NCBI GenBank assembly: GCA_964356125.1
Contig: CAYHHH010000002.1
Span: 12,755-76,754, forward strand
Source of the DNA: an uncultured Bifidobacteriaceae bacterium
Lineage (GTDB): Bacteria > Acidobacteriota > Vicinamibacteria > Vicinamibacterales > JAMQPK01
Direction: 5' to 3'
Length of the DNA stretch: 64,000 nucleotides
Under the pieces are notes generated by a model. It was not told where the DNA came from. It saw only the letters and a list, made by a program, of their open reading frames with translations, and did no database searches. Each line of letters starts with the position of its first letter. The stretch's first letter is position 1. Positions 9,833 to 18,785 of this stretch are shown here, piece by piece. Both the position numbers and the translations under genes were made by a program.

Positions 9833-11242
9833 TTACCAGTGCGATAACGAGCCGTCGAGCCGCCTATGTGTCGGCCCTGGCGCGCCCTCGGTCATCTCCT
9901 CGAGGAACGTCAGAACCTTCTCGTCGACGCTGACGCCCAGACCCGGCCGTTCGTTCGGCCACACCTTGCCATTCCTGCACTCGAGGAACTCCGGCATGTA
10001 TGGCACTGGACGGTCGCCCTGGTTGTATTCCATGAGCACCTGACCGGGAAATGCCATCATCGTGTGCATGTGCCCAGCGGTGGCGATGGGGCCCGTGAAA
10101 TGCGGCACGATACCGACCTTGTGCGTATCGCACACCGCCATGATCTTCAGCATCTCGGTGATGCCGCCGGAGTTCGGCATCGACGCGCGTGCGAAATCGA
10201 TGTCGCGCTGCTCGACCAGCGGACTGAAGTCTGCCCTGATGCTCCACTCCTCACCGGGTGCAAGCGGCACGCTGGTGAGCAATCTGAGCTTCGGGATTTG
10301 TGTCCGGAACTGCTCCTCGCGGAGCGGATCCTCGACGCAGAACGGCCGCAGCGGCTCCATAAGCCTGCAGAGCTCGACCGACTCATGGAAATCGAACTTC
10401 TGATGCACGTCGATCATCCAATCGCCGTCGGCGCCGACACCGTCGCGGATCTGCTCGAGCGCCTTGATGATTTGCGGGATTCGCGCTCGTGAATTGAATA
10501 CGGACCCGCCCCGCCCGCCGCCCCGTCCGCCGGCTCGAGCGCCCGCAGCGCCTGGACCCGCTCCAGGGCCCGGGGCCGGTCCACCGGTTCGAGCGCCACC
10601 GGTGCTCGGCAGAATGCCGCCGTCCACGCGGTAGACGCGATAACCGGCAGCCATCGTCGCCGCCGCGCGCTCTTTCAGCCCCATCGCCTGTGCCTCGGCC
10701 GGCGGCACGACGCCCTGTGGGAGTCCGGATGTTGCGTACAACTCGACGTGCTCACGCGCCTTGCCGCCAAACAGCTGATACAGGGGCACGTTGAGCGCCT
10801 TTCCCTTGATGTCCCACAGCGCCAGGTCGATGGCGCCGAGCGCGTGCAGCCGTTCCTTGCCTGGCGAGTAAAAGCCGTCCATGAAGGCCGCCTGCCAGAT
10901 GGCCTCGGTATCGAAGGCATTCTTGCCGATGACGCTTCTGGCGACGTTGCGCACGGTGTCCGGAGAGCCGCCTTGGCCGACTCCCGTGATCCCTGCTTCG
11001 GTGTCCACAAGGACGACCATGTTGCTCTGCGGAAACGCCTGTGGGCCGTTCGCGTTGTAGTTAGGCGGATAGAAGATCCGGATCTTCGTGACCCGGGTGG
11101 GCGACAGGCGGCTGGCAGCCTGTGCGAGCGCGACTGGCATACGAGTCCACTCGGGCCTGTTCCGCAGGACCCATGAACCGGCGACAAGCGATCCTGCCGC
11201 TCCCACAAGCGACTTCGTGAAGGTTCTGCGATCGATGTTCAT
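9833..11242 (-). CDS. Enolase-superfamily (mandelate racemase/sugar-acid dehydratase-like) protein with twin-arginine signal
   Basis: 469 aa. N-terminus MNIDRRTFTKSLVGAAGSLVAGSWV (Tat-like). AIDLALWDIKGKALNVPLYQLFGG is an enolase-superfamily hallmark. A Gly/Arg-rich insert is present. Sits 27 nt upstream of the receptor gene on the same strand. Confidence 0.85.
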   Translation of the reverse strand: MNIDRRTFTKSLVGAAGSLVAGSWVLRNRPEWTRMPVALAQAASRLSPTRVTKIRIFYPPNYNANGPQAFPQSNMVVLVDTEAGITGVGQGGSPDTVRNVARSVIGKNAFDTEAIWQAAFMDGFYSPGKERLHALGAIDLALWDIKGKALNVPLYQLFGGKAREHVELYATSGLPQGVVPPAEAQAMGLKERAAATMAAGYRVYRVDGGILPSTGGARTGGPAPGPGAGPGAAGARAGGRGGGRGGSVFNSRARIPQIIKALEQIRDGVGADGDWMIDVHQKFDFHESVELCRLMEPLRPFCVEDPLREEQFRTQIPKLRLLTSVPLAPGEEWSIRADFSPLVEQRDIDFARASMPNSGGITEMLKIMAVCDTHKVGIVPHFTGPIATAGHMHTMMAFPGQVLMEYNQGDRPVPYMPEFLECRNGKVWPNERPGLGVSVDEKVLTFLEEMTEGAPGPTHRRLDGSLSHW

Positions 11243-11343
11243 AACTATGCTCCTTTAGACAGCGCACGAAGCTGATCAGCATTCCTTTGGAGGCGGCGAT
11301 AATTGACTGTTTGTGGGCATTCTAGCGGCGCATTCCCGGCGAG

Positions 11344-11360
11344 TTGGGACAAGTTGTGAC
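11344..11360 (+). promoter_or_regulatory. Candidate direct-repeat operator TTGGGAC-AAG-TTGTGAC
   Basis: 16/17 identical (19/20 with flank) to the reverse-strand site at 36099-36083. Lies 55 nt upstream of ATG 11416. Confidence 0.45.
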
Positions 11361-11415
11361 ACGCCGCGGCGACGGGTTCTCGCGCGACGGATTCGCGGTA
11401 ATCTCGCGTGACTTT

Positions 11416-13062
11416 ATGAGTTCATTTGGCCGACGCTCGTTCCTCTCCGGCCTGGGCAAGGCCGGGGCAGTGCTCGCCGCCAGTCCGTGGCTCAGCCCGA
11501 TCGGGTACGCACAGGTCAGCAGGGGGCCTGCGCGCGTGTTCCTCCGGCGATCGGCGACGCGCCCCGACTTCGATCGCCGGGTGCTCGGCGCGTTTCTCGA
11601 ACATCTCGGCCGTGCCGTCTACACCGGAGTGTTCGAGCCCGGGTCGCCTCTTGCTGATGCAAGCGGATTTCGCACCGACGTGGCGCGCGAGGTCAAGGAG
11701 CTCGGGGTGCCCGTCGTTCGCTATCCCGGAGGCAACTTCGTCTCCGGATATAACTGGCTCGATGGCGTCGGACCCAAGGCGAATCGTCCCGTGGTGCTCG
11801 AGCGCGCCTGGAATTCGATCGAGACAAACCAGTTCGGCACGAACGAGTTCATCGACTGGTGCCGCGCGGTCGGCACCGAGCCGCTGCTCGGACTCAACTT
11901 CGGTACCGGTACGGCCGAGATGGCGGTCGCTTACGTCGAGTACTGCAATGTGGAGCGCGGCACCAGGTGGAGCGATCTACGCCGCGCACACGGCTACGCC
12001 GAGCCGCACAACGTGCGCTACTGGTGTCTCGGCAACGAGATGGACGGCCCATGGCAGATCGGCCAGATGCAGGCGCGCGAGTACGGACGCAAGGCCCGCG
12101 ACGTCGCGCAGCAGATGCGGGCGATCGACCGCGAACTGAAGCTGCTCGCGTGCGGATCGAGCGGCACGTTCATGCCGACCTATCTGGCGTGGGATCGTGA
12201 AGTGCTCGAAGAGTGCTACGACCAGGTTGACGGCATCTCGCTTCACGCCTATTACGGCAACACGAACGCGTTGACCGGCAACAACACGGCGCGGTACCTG
12301 GCGATGAACCTCGACATGGATCGCCACATTCACGAGACGGCCGCGGTCTGCGACTACGTCCAGGGACTGAAACGGTCGAGCAAACGCCTGTGGCTGTCGT
12401 TCGACGAGTGGAACGTGTGGTACCGCGCGCGCGGCCGGGATGCCACCGACGGCCGCCGCACTGAGGCGCCGAAACTGCTCGAGGAGGTGTACAACCTCGA
12501 GGACGCGCTCCTGGTCGGCGGTCTCATCAACACCCTGCTCCGCAACTCGGACCGCGTGCACGTCGGTTGTCTGGCGCAGCTCGTCAACGTGATTGCGCCG
12601 CTGGTCACCAACTCGAGCGGCGTGCTGCGCCAGAGCACGTACTTCCCGTATGCGTGGGCGCTTCGTTACGCCCGCGGCCGCGTGCTCGATTTCCGCGTGG
12701 AGTCGGAGACCTATCCGATCAGAGCGGCCGGATTACAGGCCGACTTCGCGCGCAACGCAGACGTCCCGTTCGTCGATATCGTCGCCACGCTGGATGAGCA
12801 GAATGGCCAGGCGTGCGTCCTGATGCTCAATCGCGATCTCGACGCGGAACGCGAGGTGGTGCTCGAGTGGGACGACGTCACGCCGGCGCGCGTGCTCGCG
12901 TGCGAGACGTTGACCGGACCAGACCTGAAAGCGTTCAACACGTTCGACGAGCCGCGGCGCGTCGCGCCGCAGCCACTGGCTCCGCCCGCGCCTGGCAGCC
13001 GGATGTCGTTCAGGCTGCCTCCGCGTTCGTACAGCGTCGCGCACCTGAGCCTGAAAGCCTGA
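11416..13062 (+). CDS. abfA: GH51 alpha-L-arabinofuranosidase with Tat-type signal
   Basis: Motifs RYPGGNFVSGYNWLDGVGP, ETNQFGTNEF and WCLGNEMDGPWQIG (GH51 acid/base region). Start moved to the internal ATG 11416, giving MSSFGRRSFLSGLGKAGAVLAASPWL. Confidence 0.85.
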   Translation: MSSFGRRSFLSGLGKAGAVLAASPWLSPIGYAQVSRGPARVFLRRSATRPDFDRRVLGAFLEHLGRAVYTGVFEPGSPLADASGFRTDVAREVKELGVPVVRYPGGNFVSGYNWLDGVGPKANRPVVLERAWNSIETNQFGTNEFIDWCRAVGTEPLLGLNFGTGTAEMAVAYVEYCNVERGTRWSDLRRAHGYAEPHNVRYWCLGNEMDGPWQIGQMQAREYGRKARDVAQQMRAIDRELKLLACGSSGTFMPTYLAWDREVLEECYDQVDGISLHAYYGNTNALTGNNTARYLAMNLDMDRHIHETAAVCDYVQGLKRSSKRLWLSFDEWNVWYRARGRDATDGRRTEAPKLLEEVYNLEDALLVGGLINTLLRNSDRVHVGCLAQLVNVIAPLVTNSSGVLRQSTYFPYAWALRYARGRVLDFRVESETYPIRAAGLQADFARNADVPFVDIVATLDEQNGQACVLMLNRDLDAEREVVLEWDDVTPARVLACETLTGPDLKAFNTFDEPRRVAPQPLAPPAPGSRMSFRLPPRSYSVAHLSLKA

Positions 13063-13079
13063 GGAGGATCGTGAAAAAG

Positions 13080-14984
13080 ATGAACGCTCCATGTCGTGGA
13101 TACCTCGGTGTGTCTCTGGCCTGTGTGCTGTTTGTTGCCGGCTGCTCGAGCGGCGGACCGGAATGGGCCGAGCGCAACCAGCGCGTGATCGACGAGTTCA
13201 AGATCACGGGTCGGACGCGAGAGCTTCCCGAGGTCCGCGTGCCTGTGTCCCTCACGCCCGGCCAGCCGGTGGAGAACGCCGCGCTGCCCACCGCCACCCT
13301 CGCCCCCGGCGTTGTCGCCAGGCTCGCGTGGGGACGCGGCGCGTTGCTCGAACAGGTCGACATGCAAGCGGGCGCCGTCTACCCGGAGCAGACGCTCGCC
13401 GAGGAGCTGATCGTCATCGTGCGTGACGGCTCGGCGATCCTTCAGTTCGACGGCAAGACCGCAGAACTGATCAAGGATCACGTGATCTATCTCCAGCCGG
13501 GAACGAAGCGATCGATGAAAGCCGGGCCCGACGGGTGGAAGGCCTACGAGGTGTACTCGCCGGTACGGCTCGACCACCTCGCGCTCGCCGGACAGAAGGT
13601 CGATGGCGTGAACGCGACAGTCCCCGACCAGGGAGTGACCCCGTCGCTCCAGCCTGGTGTCGTCGCGAACCTCAACGACATCCAGTGGACGCCGCTGATT
13701 GATCCAGACGCGACCAGGTCGTATCGCCGCAGCACGGGACAGTCGCGGCTGATCTGGGGAAAGAACGCGCAGGTCAGCCTGATCCGCATGGACCCCGGCT
13801 CCCAGATTCCGAAGCACATGCACCCGGAGGATCAGCTCACGCACACGGTTCGAGGCACCCTCGATCAAGGTGTGATGGACGCGACGTTTCCCGAGACCGG
13901 TGCGGCCGGCCACACGTTGCTCCTGCCCGGCGGCATGGTGCATTCGGCGAAGCTGGGGGATGTCGGCGCCGATCAACTCGACGTCTTCTGGCCTGTGCGT
14001 CCCGACTACACGGAGCGCGCCGGAAAGCAGCGCGTGCTCTACGAGCAGATCGTGGCCCCCGAGACGAAGCCGCAGAAGCTGAGCGAGGGTTTCACGTTCA
14101 CCGAAGGACCCACGTGGTTGAAGGGGAAGCTGTACTTTTCGGACATGTTCTTTCAGAATCCGGCAGCCGGCGACTGGACCGGCAGCCCCGCCAAGAGCCG
14201 GCTGATCGCGATGACGCCGGATGGCAAGTGGCGAGTGCTGACGAGCGGGATGCAATCGAACGGCACCATCGCCGCCGCGAACGGCAATCTTCTCGTGTGC
14301 GACATGTTTGGCCACCGCGTGGTGGAGATCGATCCGGCGAACGGCCGGGTGGTGCGCGTGGTGCTCGACAAGGTGGGAGGCACACCCATCGACGGCCCGA
14401 ACGATCTCGTGATGGACGCCAGGGGCGGCCTCTACGTCACCGATCCGCAGTTCACGCCGGAAGCCAAGAAGAGTCAGCCCGGCAAACAGGTCTACTACGT
14501 CGCACCCGGCGGCACAGCCAGAGTCGTCATCGGGCCCGGCGAGTTCGCGATGCCAAACGGCGTCGAGCTGTCGCCTGACGGCAAGACGCTCTATGTGAAC
14601 AACACATGGTCGCAGCCCGGCGAGAACTTCGTTTACGCGTACGACGTCGCAGATGACGGCTCGGTGTCGAACAAGCGGCAGTTCGCGAAGTTGAACCTGA
14701 CGCCGGACGTGCTCGGCGCCGCCAATCCGCCCGATCGGTTCGATTCGCGCGCCGACGGCACGGCCGTCGACACCGATGGCCGTTACTACGTGGCGACGAA
14801 CACGGGCGTGCAGATGTTTCTGCGGGATGGTACGTACGCCGGCACGATCTGGGTGCCGCAATATCCCGTGAGCCTCACCTTCGGCGGCGCGAATAACGAC
14901 ATCCTCTATATGGTTGGCGAGTCGTCTGCCTGGTCGATACAGACCAGGGTGCGGGGGTTCCGCCATCCGCAAGGCATGAACTGA
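13080..14984 (+). CDS. Lipoprotein: two cupin-like domains + SMP-30/gluconolactonase/LRE-like beta-propeller (sugar lactonase candidate)
   Basis: Start trimmed (ATG 13080, or GTG 13071) to give MNAPCRGYLGVSLACVLFVAGCSS (lipobox). The C-terminal half has FTEGPTWLKGKLYFSD, NDLVMDARGGLYVTDP and PNGVELSPDGKTLYVNN. Confidence 0.8.
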   Translation: MNAPCRGYLGVSLACVLFVAGCSSGGPEWAERNQRVIDEFKITGRTRELPEVRVPVSLTPGQPVENAALPTATLAPGVVARLAWGRGALLEQVDMQAGAVYPEQTLAEELIVIVRDGSAILQFDGKTAELIKDHVIYLQPGTKRSMKAGPDGWKAYEVYSPVRLDHLALAGQKVDGVNATVPDQGVTPSLQPGVVANLNDIQWTPLIDPDATRSYRRSTGQSRLIWGKNAQVSLIRMDPGSQIPKHMHPEDQLTHTVRGTLDQGVMDATFPETGAAGHTLLLPGGMVHSAKLGDVGADQLDVFWPVRPDYTERAGKQRVLYEQIVAPETKPQKLSEGFTFTEGPTWLKGKLYFSDMFFQNPAAGDWTGSPAKSRLIAMTPDGKWRVLTSGMQSNGTIAAANGNLLVCDMFGHRVVEIDPANGRVVRVVLDKVGGTPIDGPNDLVMDARGGLYVTDPQFTPEAKKSQPGKQVYYVAPGGTARVVIGPGEFAMPNGVELSPDGKTLYVNNTWSQPGENFVYAYDVADDGSVSNKRQFAKLNLTPDVLGAANPPDRFDSRADGTAVDTDGRYYVATNTGVQMFLRDGTYAGTIWVPQYPVSLTFGGANNDILYMVGESSAWSIQTRVRGFRHPQGMN

Positions 14985-15013
14985 ACGGCACGCGACGGGT
15001 TTGGAGGGAGCGC

Positions 15014-16687
15014 ATGAGCACGGCGATGTCTCGACGGAGCATCCTGCAGTTGGCGTTGGCGCCGGCGTTTCTGTCTCGCGCGCAGGTGGGCGACCTTGCG
15101 CCGACAGTGTCGAGGGTTCATCCCGGGACCGACGGCAGGCTCGTCTACGTTCCCGATGAGCACGGCAACACGATTCTCGACTCTTCCCACGCCGGATACG
15201 GAGGCGGGGGCGTGCCAATTCCCACCGTGCCGGTCAAGGTGACCATCTGGCCGGTCGCCGGCGACAACACCGAGCACATCCAGGCGGCTATCGACAACGT
15301 CTCCGCACTCCCGCTCGACAAGAGCGGGTTCCGCGGCGCGGTGCTCCTGAGGGCTGGGTACTACAAGATGGCGACGCCGGTGCGGATTCAGGCCAGCGGC
15401 GTGGTGCTGCGCGGCGAGGGCATGGGTGACACCGGCACCATTCTCGTCGGCACCGGGACGGGCCGTATCCCTGCGCCTGCAGGAGCGGCAGGAGCGGGCG
15501 GTGGTCCCGGCGGGGGATTTGGCGGCGGCCAGTCGACGCTCGTGCAGATCGCCGGCGCCTCCGGCGTCACGACGAAGGATGAGACGAAGCAGATCGTCAC
15601 AGACGACCACGTGCCGGTCGGCGCGCGCAGCTTCAGGGTGGCATCGGCCCGGGGATTCAGGCGTGGCGATACGGTCATCGTCCGGCGCATGGGCAACGAT
15701 GAGTGGATCGCCGCGATCGGGATGAACGGGGAGACGCCGCAGAGCCGCTGGAAGCCGTTCAACGTGGAATGGGATCGTGTGATCACCGACGTCCAGGGAA
15801 ACACGATCACCATCGACGCGCCGATCACGTGCGCGATCGAGAAGCGCTGGGGCGGCGGCGAGCTGATGAAGTACGAGGATCCCGGCCGCATCGAGAAAGT
15901 GGGCGTCGAGAACCTTCGCGCCATGTCGGAGTTCGACCCGGCAGTACGCACGAAGGAATACGGCAACATGGACCGCCCGAATTACGTCGCCGAGGAGTAC
16001 TACGCCGACGAGAATCACTATCGCAACTTCATCACCTTCGACAATATAAAGGACGGCTGGGTGCGGAATGCCACCGCCCTGCATTTCGTCTACAGCATGG
16101 TGGGGACGGCGCGCGGATCGAAGTGCGTCACCGTGCAGGACTGCGTGTCGCGCGAGCCGATCTCGCGGAGGGCGGGCGCGCGGCGGTTTACGTTCGCGCT
16201 GCGCGGGCAGCTCGCGCTCGTGCAGCGGTGCCACTCCGACAAGGGGCGCCACTCGTTCATGGCGGGCCAGCCGACGGCGAGCGGAAACGTGTTTCTCGAC
16301 TGCAAGGCGACCAACCCGTATTCGTCGAGCGAGCCGCACGAGCAGTGGGCGACCGGCAGCCTCTACGACAACGTCCAGGCGCCGCTCACGGCCCGGTTCT
16401 GGAAAAACATCAGCATCGGATGGGCGGGCGCCAACACTGTCTTCTGGAACTGCGAAGGATCCTTCCTCGTCCAGAAGCCGCCGACGGCGCAGAATTTTTC
16501 GTTTGGCCACATCGGCGTCGACGCCGTGGTGTTCAACATCCCGCTGCAGGATCCGACGAAAGACGGCGGCTATATCGAGTCGCTGGACAGGCACGTCACG
16601 CCGCGCAGTCTCTATTTGACGCAACTCCGCGAGCGGCTCGGAGAGACCGCACTTCGCAATATTGCGGCGCCCAGCCAGCTCGGCTGA
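15014..16687 (+). CDS. Tat-exported right-handed beta-helix protein (pectate-lyase-superfamily / glycosidase-like)
   Basis: 557 aa with SD GGAGGGAG. N-terminus MSTAMSRRSILQLALAPAFLSRA. DNTEHIQAAIDNVSALPLDKSGFRGAVLLRAGYYKMATPVRIQASGVVLRGEG resembles the Pectate_lyase_3-type N-terminus. The family call is tentative. Confidence 0.6.
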   Translation: MSTAMSRRSILQLALAPAFLSRAQVGDLAPTVSRVHPGTDGRLVYVPDEHGNTILDSSHAGYGGGGVPIPTVPVKVTIWPVAGDNTEHIQAAIDNVSALPLDKSGFRGAVLLRAGYYKMATPVRIQASGVVLRGEGMGDTGTILVGTGTGRIPAPAGAAGAGGGPGGGFGGGQSTLVQIAGASGVTTKDETKQIVTDDHVPVGARSFRVASARGFRRGDTVIVRRMGNDEWIAAIGMNGETPQSRWKPFNVEWDRVITDVQGNTITIDAPITCAIEKRWGGGELMKYEDPGRIEKVGVENLRAMSEFDPAVRTKEYGNMDRPNYVAEEYYADENHYRNFITFDNIKDGWVRNATALHFVYSMVGTARGSKCVTVQDCVSREPISRRAGARRFTFALRGQLALVQRCHSDKGRHSFMAGQPTASGNVFLDCKATNPYSSSEPHEQWATGSLYDNVQAPLTARFWKNISIGWAGANTVFWNCEGSFLVQKPPTAQNFSFGHIGVDAVVFNIPLQDPTKDGGYIESLDRHVTPRSLYLTQLRERLGETALRNIAAPSQLG

Positions 16688-16708
16688 GCCCGGATTCTGG
16701 AGGGGACT

Positions 16709-17584
16709 GTGACTCTGACACGACGAGAGTTCCTGGCGCTGGTTGGTGCGGCGGCGGTGGTGCCGGGCACCGGGGTATCGGCCAATCCGCTCGGCCTGCC
16801 GTTCGGATTCCAGGCCTGGGAGATCGCCCCCGACATGCGGAAGGACTGGGATGGCACCCTGAAGGCCATGAAAGGATTTGGCTATTCGTACATCGACCTG
16901 AACCAGGTGAGCCCGTACATCGATCGGCCCGCGGCCGATCTCAAGGCCTCGTTCTCGTCGCACGGCTTCACCTTCTCGAACGCGCTCTGGTCCTACCAGG
17001 CGTTTGCGAACCGTCTCGATCAGACCGTTGCCGATTCGCTCACGCTGGGCTTGTCGACAATCGTCTGCTCCCCGAGACCGCGGCTGCGGACGAGCGACGA
17101 CTGGAAGAGCTTCGCGGAGGAGCTCAACAAGTACGGCGAGCGCACGAAGGCCGCGGGGCTGACGCTGGGTTTCCATAACCACGAGATCGAGTTCGTCAAG
17201 ACGCCGCAGGGCGACGTGCCGTGGGACATTCTCGTTCAGTCGACCGATCCGGCACTCGTCAGTTTTCTCATCGACGTCGGCAACCTCACGTTCGGAGGCG
17301 GCGATCCGTATGAATATCTGGCGAAATATCCGAAGCGCTACTATGGCGTGCATGTGAAAGACTTCAAGCGGGGAAAGGCGGCGATCCCGGTCGGCGCGGG
17401 CGACCTCGACTGGAAGCGGATCTTCACCCTCGTCAAAGCGGCCAACATCCGCAACATCGTCGCGGAAGTCGGCGCGTACGGCGCGAGTACCCTGCAAGGT
17501 GAGCCGCTCGAGCCGCCCGACTACAGCGTGCTCGAGCTGTACAAGCGCAGCGCGGAGTTTCTGCGAGCGTTTTCGGACGTGTGA
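16709..17584 (+). CDS. Tat-exported xylose-isomerase-like TIM-barrel protein (sugar phosphate isomerase/epimerase family)
   Basis: GTG start after GGAGGGGA. N-terminus MTLTRREFLALVGAAAVVPGTGVSA. Family-typical HNHEIEF and FLIDVGN motifs. Confidence 0.75.
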   Translation: MTLTRREFLALVGAAAVVPGTGVSANPLGLPFGFQAWEIAPDMRKDWDGTLKAMKGFGYSYIDLNQVSPYIDRPAADLKASFSSHGFTFSNALWSYQAFANRLDQTVADSLTLGLSTIVCSPRPRLRTSDDWKSFAEELNKYGERTKAAGLTLGFHNHEIEFVKTPQGDVPWDILVQSTDPALVSFLIDVGNLTFGGGDPYEYLAKYPKRYYGVHVKDFKRGKAAIPVGAGDLDWKRIFTLVKAANIRNIVAEVGAYGASTLQGEPLEPPDYSVLELYKRSAEFLRAFSDV

Positions 17585-17598
17585 AGGAGAACCTGGTT

Positions 17599-18774
17599 AT
17601 GCGAAGAACAGCAGCACTGGCACTTCTGTGCGGGCTCGCCGGTGTCGCGGGGCTCGTGGCCGCGCAGACCACCGCCGGCAAGACGCTCGACATCTACTAC
17701 ATCGACACGGAAGGCGGGCAATCCACGCTGTTCGTCAGCCCCGCTGGCGAGTCGCTCCTCGTCGACACCGGCAACGCCGGCGGCCGCGATCTCGAGCGGA
17801 TCATCGCAGCCGTCAACGCCGCCGGCGTCACGCAGATCGATCACATGTGGAGCACGCATTACCACGGCGATCACGTGGGCGCGATGGAAGAGCTGGCCAC
17901 GCGCGTGCCGATCGGGCATTTCTACGACCACGGACCGATTGCGCCGAACGATCGCGCGACGCCGGCCACGTTCTTCGCGATGTACGAGGCGCTGAGCAAG
18001 GGCCGCCGCACGACCGTCAAGCCCGGCGACAAGGTGCGAATGGCGGGCCTGGACATCACCACGGTGTCGTCGAACGCCGTGGCCATCAAGACCAGCCTGC
18101 CTGGCGCGGGCAAGCCGAATCCGGCGTGCGCGGGCGTCGAGAAGAAGGATGAAAGCGCCTATTTTGATCCCGACAACGGATCGTCGGCCGGCTTCGCGAT
18201 GACGTTCGGCAGGTTCACGACCGTCGATCTTGGAGATTTGACGTGGAACGGCGAGCTCGACATCGTGTGCCCAGTGAACCGCATCGGGAAAATCGACCTG
18301 TATCTCGTGTCGCACCACGGGATCGACCGTTCCAGCTCGCCGGCGCTGGTGCACGGACTCCAGCCGCGCGTGGCGATCATGAACAACGGCACGCGCAAGG
18401 GTGGCGCGGCCAACACGTTCAAGGTGCTCGAGTCGTCACCGGGACTCGAAGATCTCTGGCAGCTGCACTGGTCGCACAACGTCGGCGTCGAACACAACGC
18501 GCCCGGCACGTTCATCGCGAACATCGAGGACAACGAGACGATCGCCGGCGTGCTCACCGCGCCGCCGCCGGCGCCGCGCGGTGGGACGGGTGCGCCGGGT
18601 GCGCCAGGCGCTCGAGGTGCGGGCGCACGAGGGGGGCGCGGGGGACCCGGCGGCGGCGCCGCCGCCGCACACACGCCGGCCTACTGGCTCAAGGTTTCGG
18701 CGCAGCGCGACGGCGCGTTTACCATCACGAACCCGCGCAACGGATTCAGCAAGACGTACCGGCCGGAGGATTGA
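17599..18774 (+). CDS. Exported MBL-fold metallo-hydrolase
   Basis: ATG 17599 lies 9 nt after AAGGAG. Signal MRRTAALALLCGLAGVAGLVAAQ. WSTHYHGDHVG matches the HxHxDH motif. Long Gly/Arg/Ala/Pro insert near the C-terminus. Confidence 0.8.
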   Translation: MRRTAALALLCGLAGVAGLVAAQTTAGKTLDIYYIDTEGGQSTLFVSPAGESLLVDTGNAGGRDLERIIAAVNAAGVTQIDHMWSTHYHGDHVGAMEELATRVPIGHFYDHGPIAPNDRATPATFFAMYEALSKGRRTTVKPGDKVRMAGLDITTVSSNAVAIKTSLPGAGKPNPACAGVEKKDESAYFDPDNGSSAGFAMTFGRFTTVDLGDLTWNGELDIVCPVNRIGKIDLYLVSHHGIDRSSSPALVHGLQPRVAIMNNGTRKGGAANTFKVLESSPGLEDLWQLHWSHNVGVEHNAPGTFIANIEDNETIAGVLTAPPPAPRGGTGAPGAPGARGAGARGGRGGPGGGAAAAHTPAYWLKVSAQRDGAFTITNPRNGFSKTYRPED

Positions 18775-18785
18775 TTGACTGCGCC

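Noticed and set aside
12711-15218. 835-aa minus-strand ORF. Similar long antisense ORFs occur at 14906..17497(-), 6494..8275(+), 2583..3902(-), 45586..47235(-), 59297..62395(-), 50998..52008(-) and 54611..55720(-).
   Set aside because: Each lies exactly opposite a gene with clear family motifs. The translations are Arg/Ala/Gly/Pro/His-rich with no recognisable domains. These are the shadow ORFs expected in high-GC DNA, where stop codons are rare on the antisense strand.
18559-18672. Collagen-like triple-helix repeat in the MBL-fold protein (GAPGAPGARGAG...).
   Set aside because: The Gly-X-Y register holds for only about four triplets before breaking (ARGGRGGPGGG). The other G/R-rich inserts show no triplet periodicity, so they are treated as generic low-complexity inserts.
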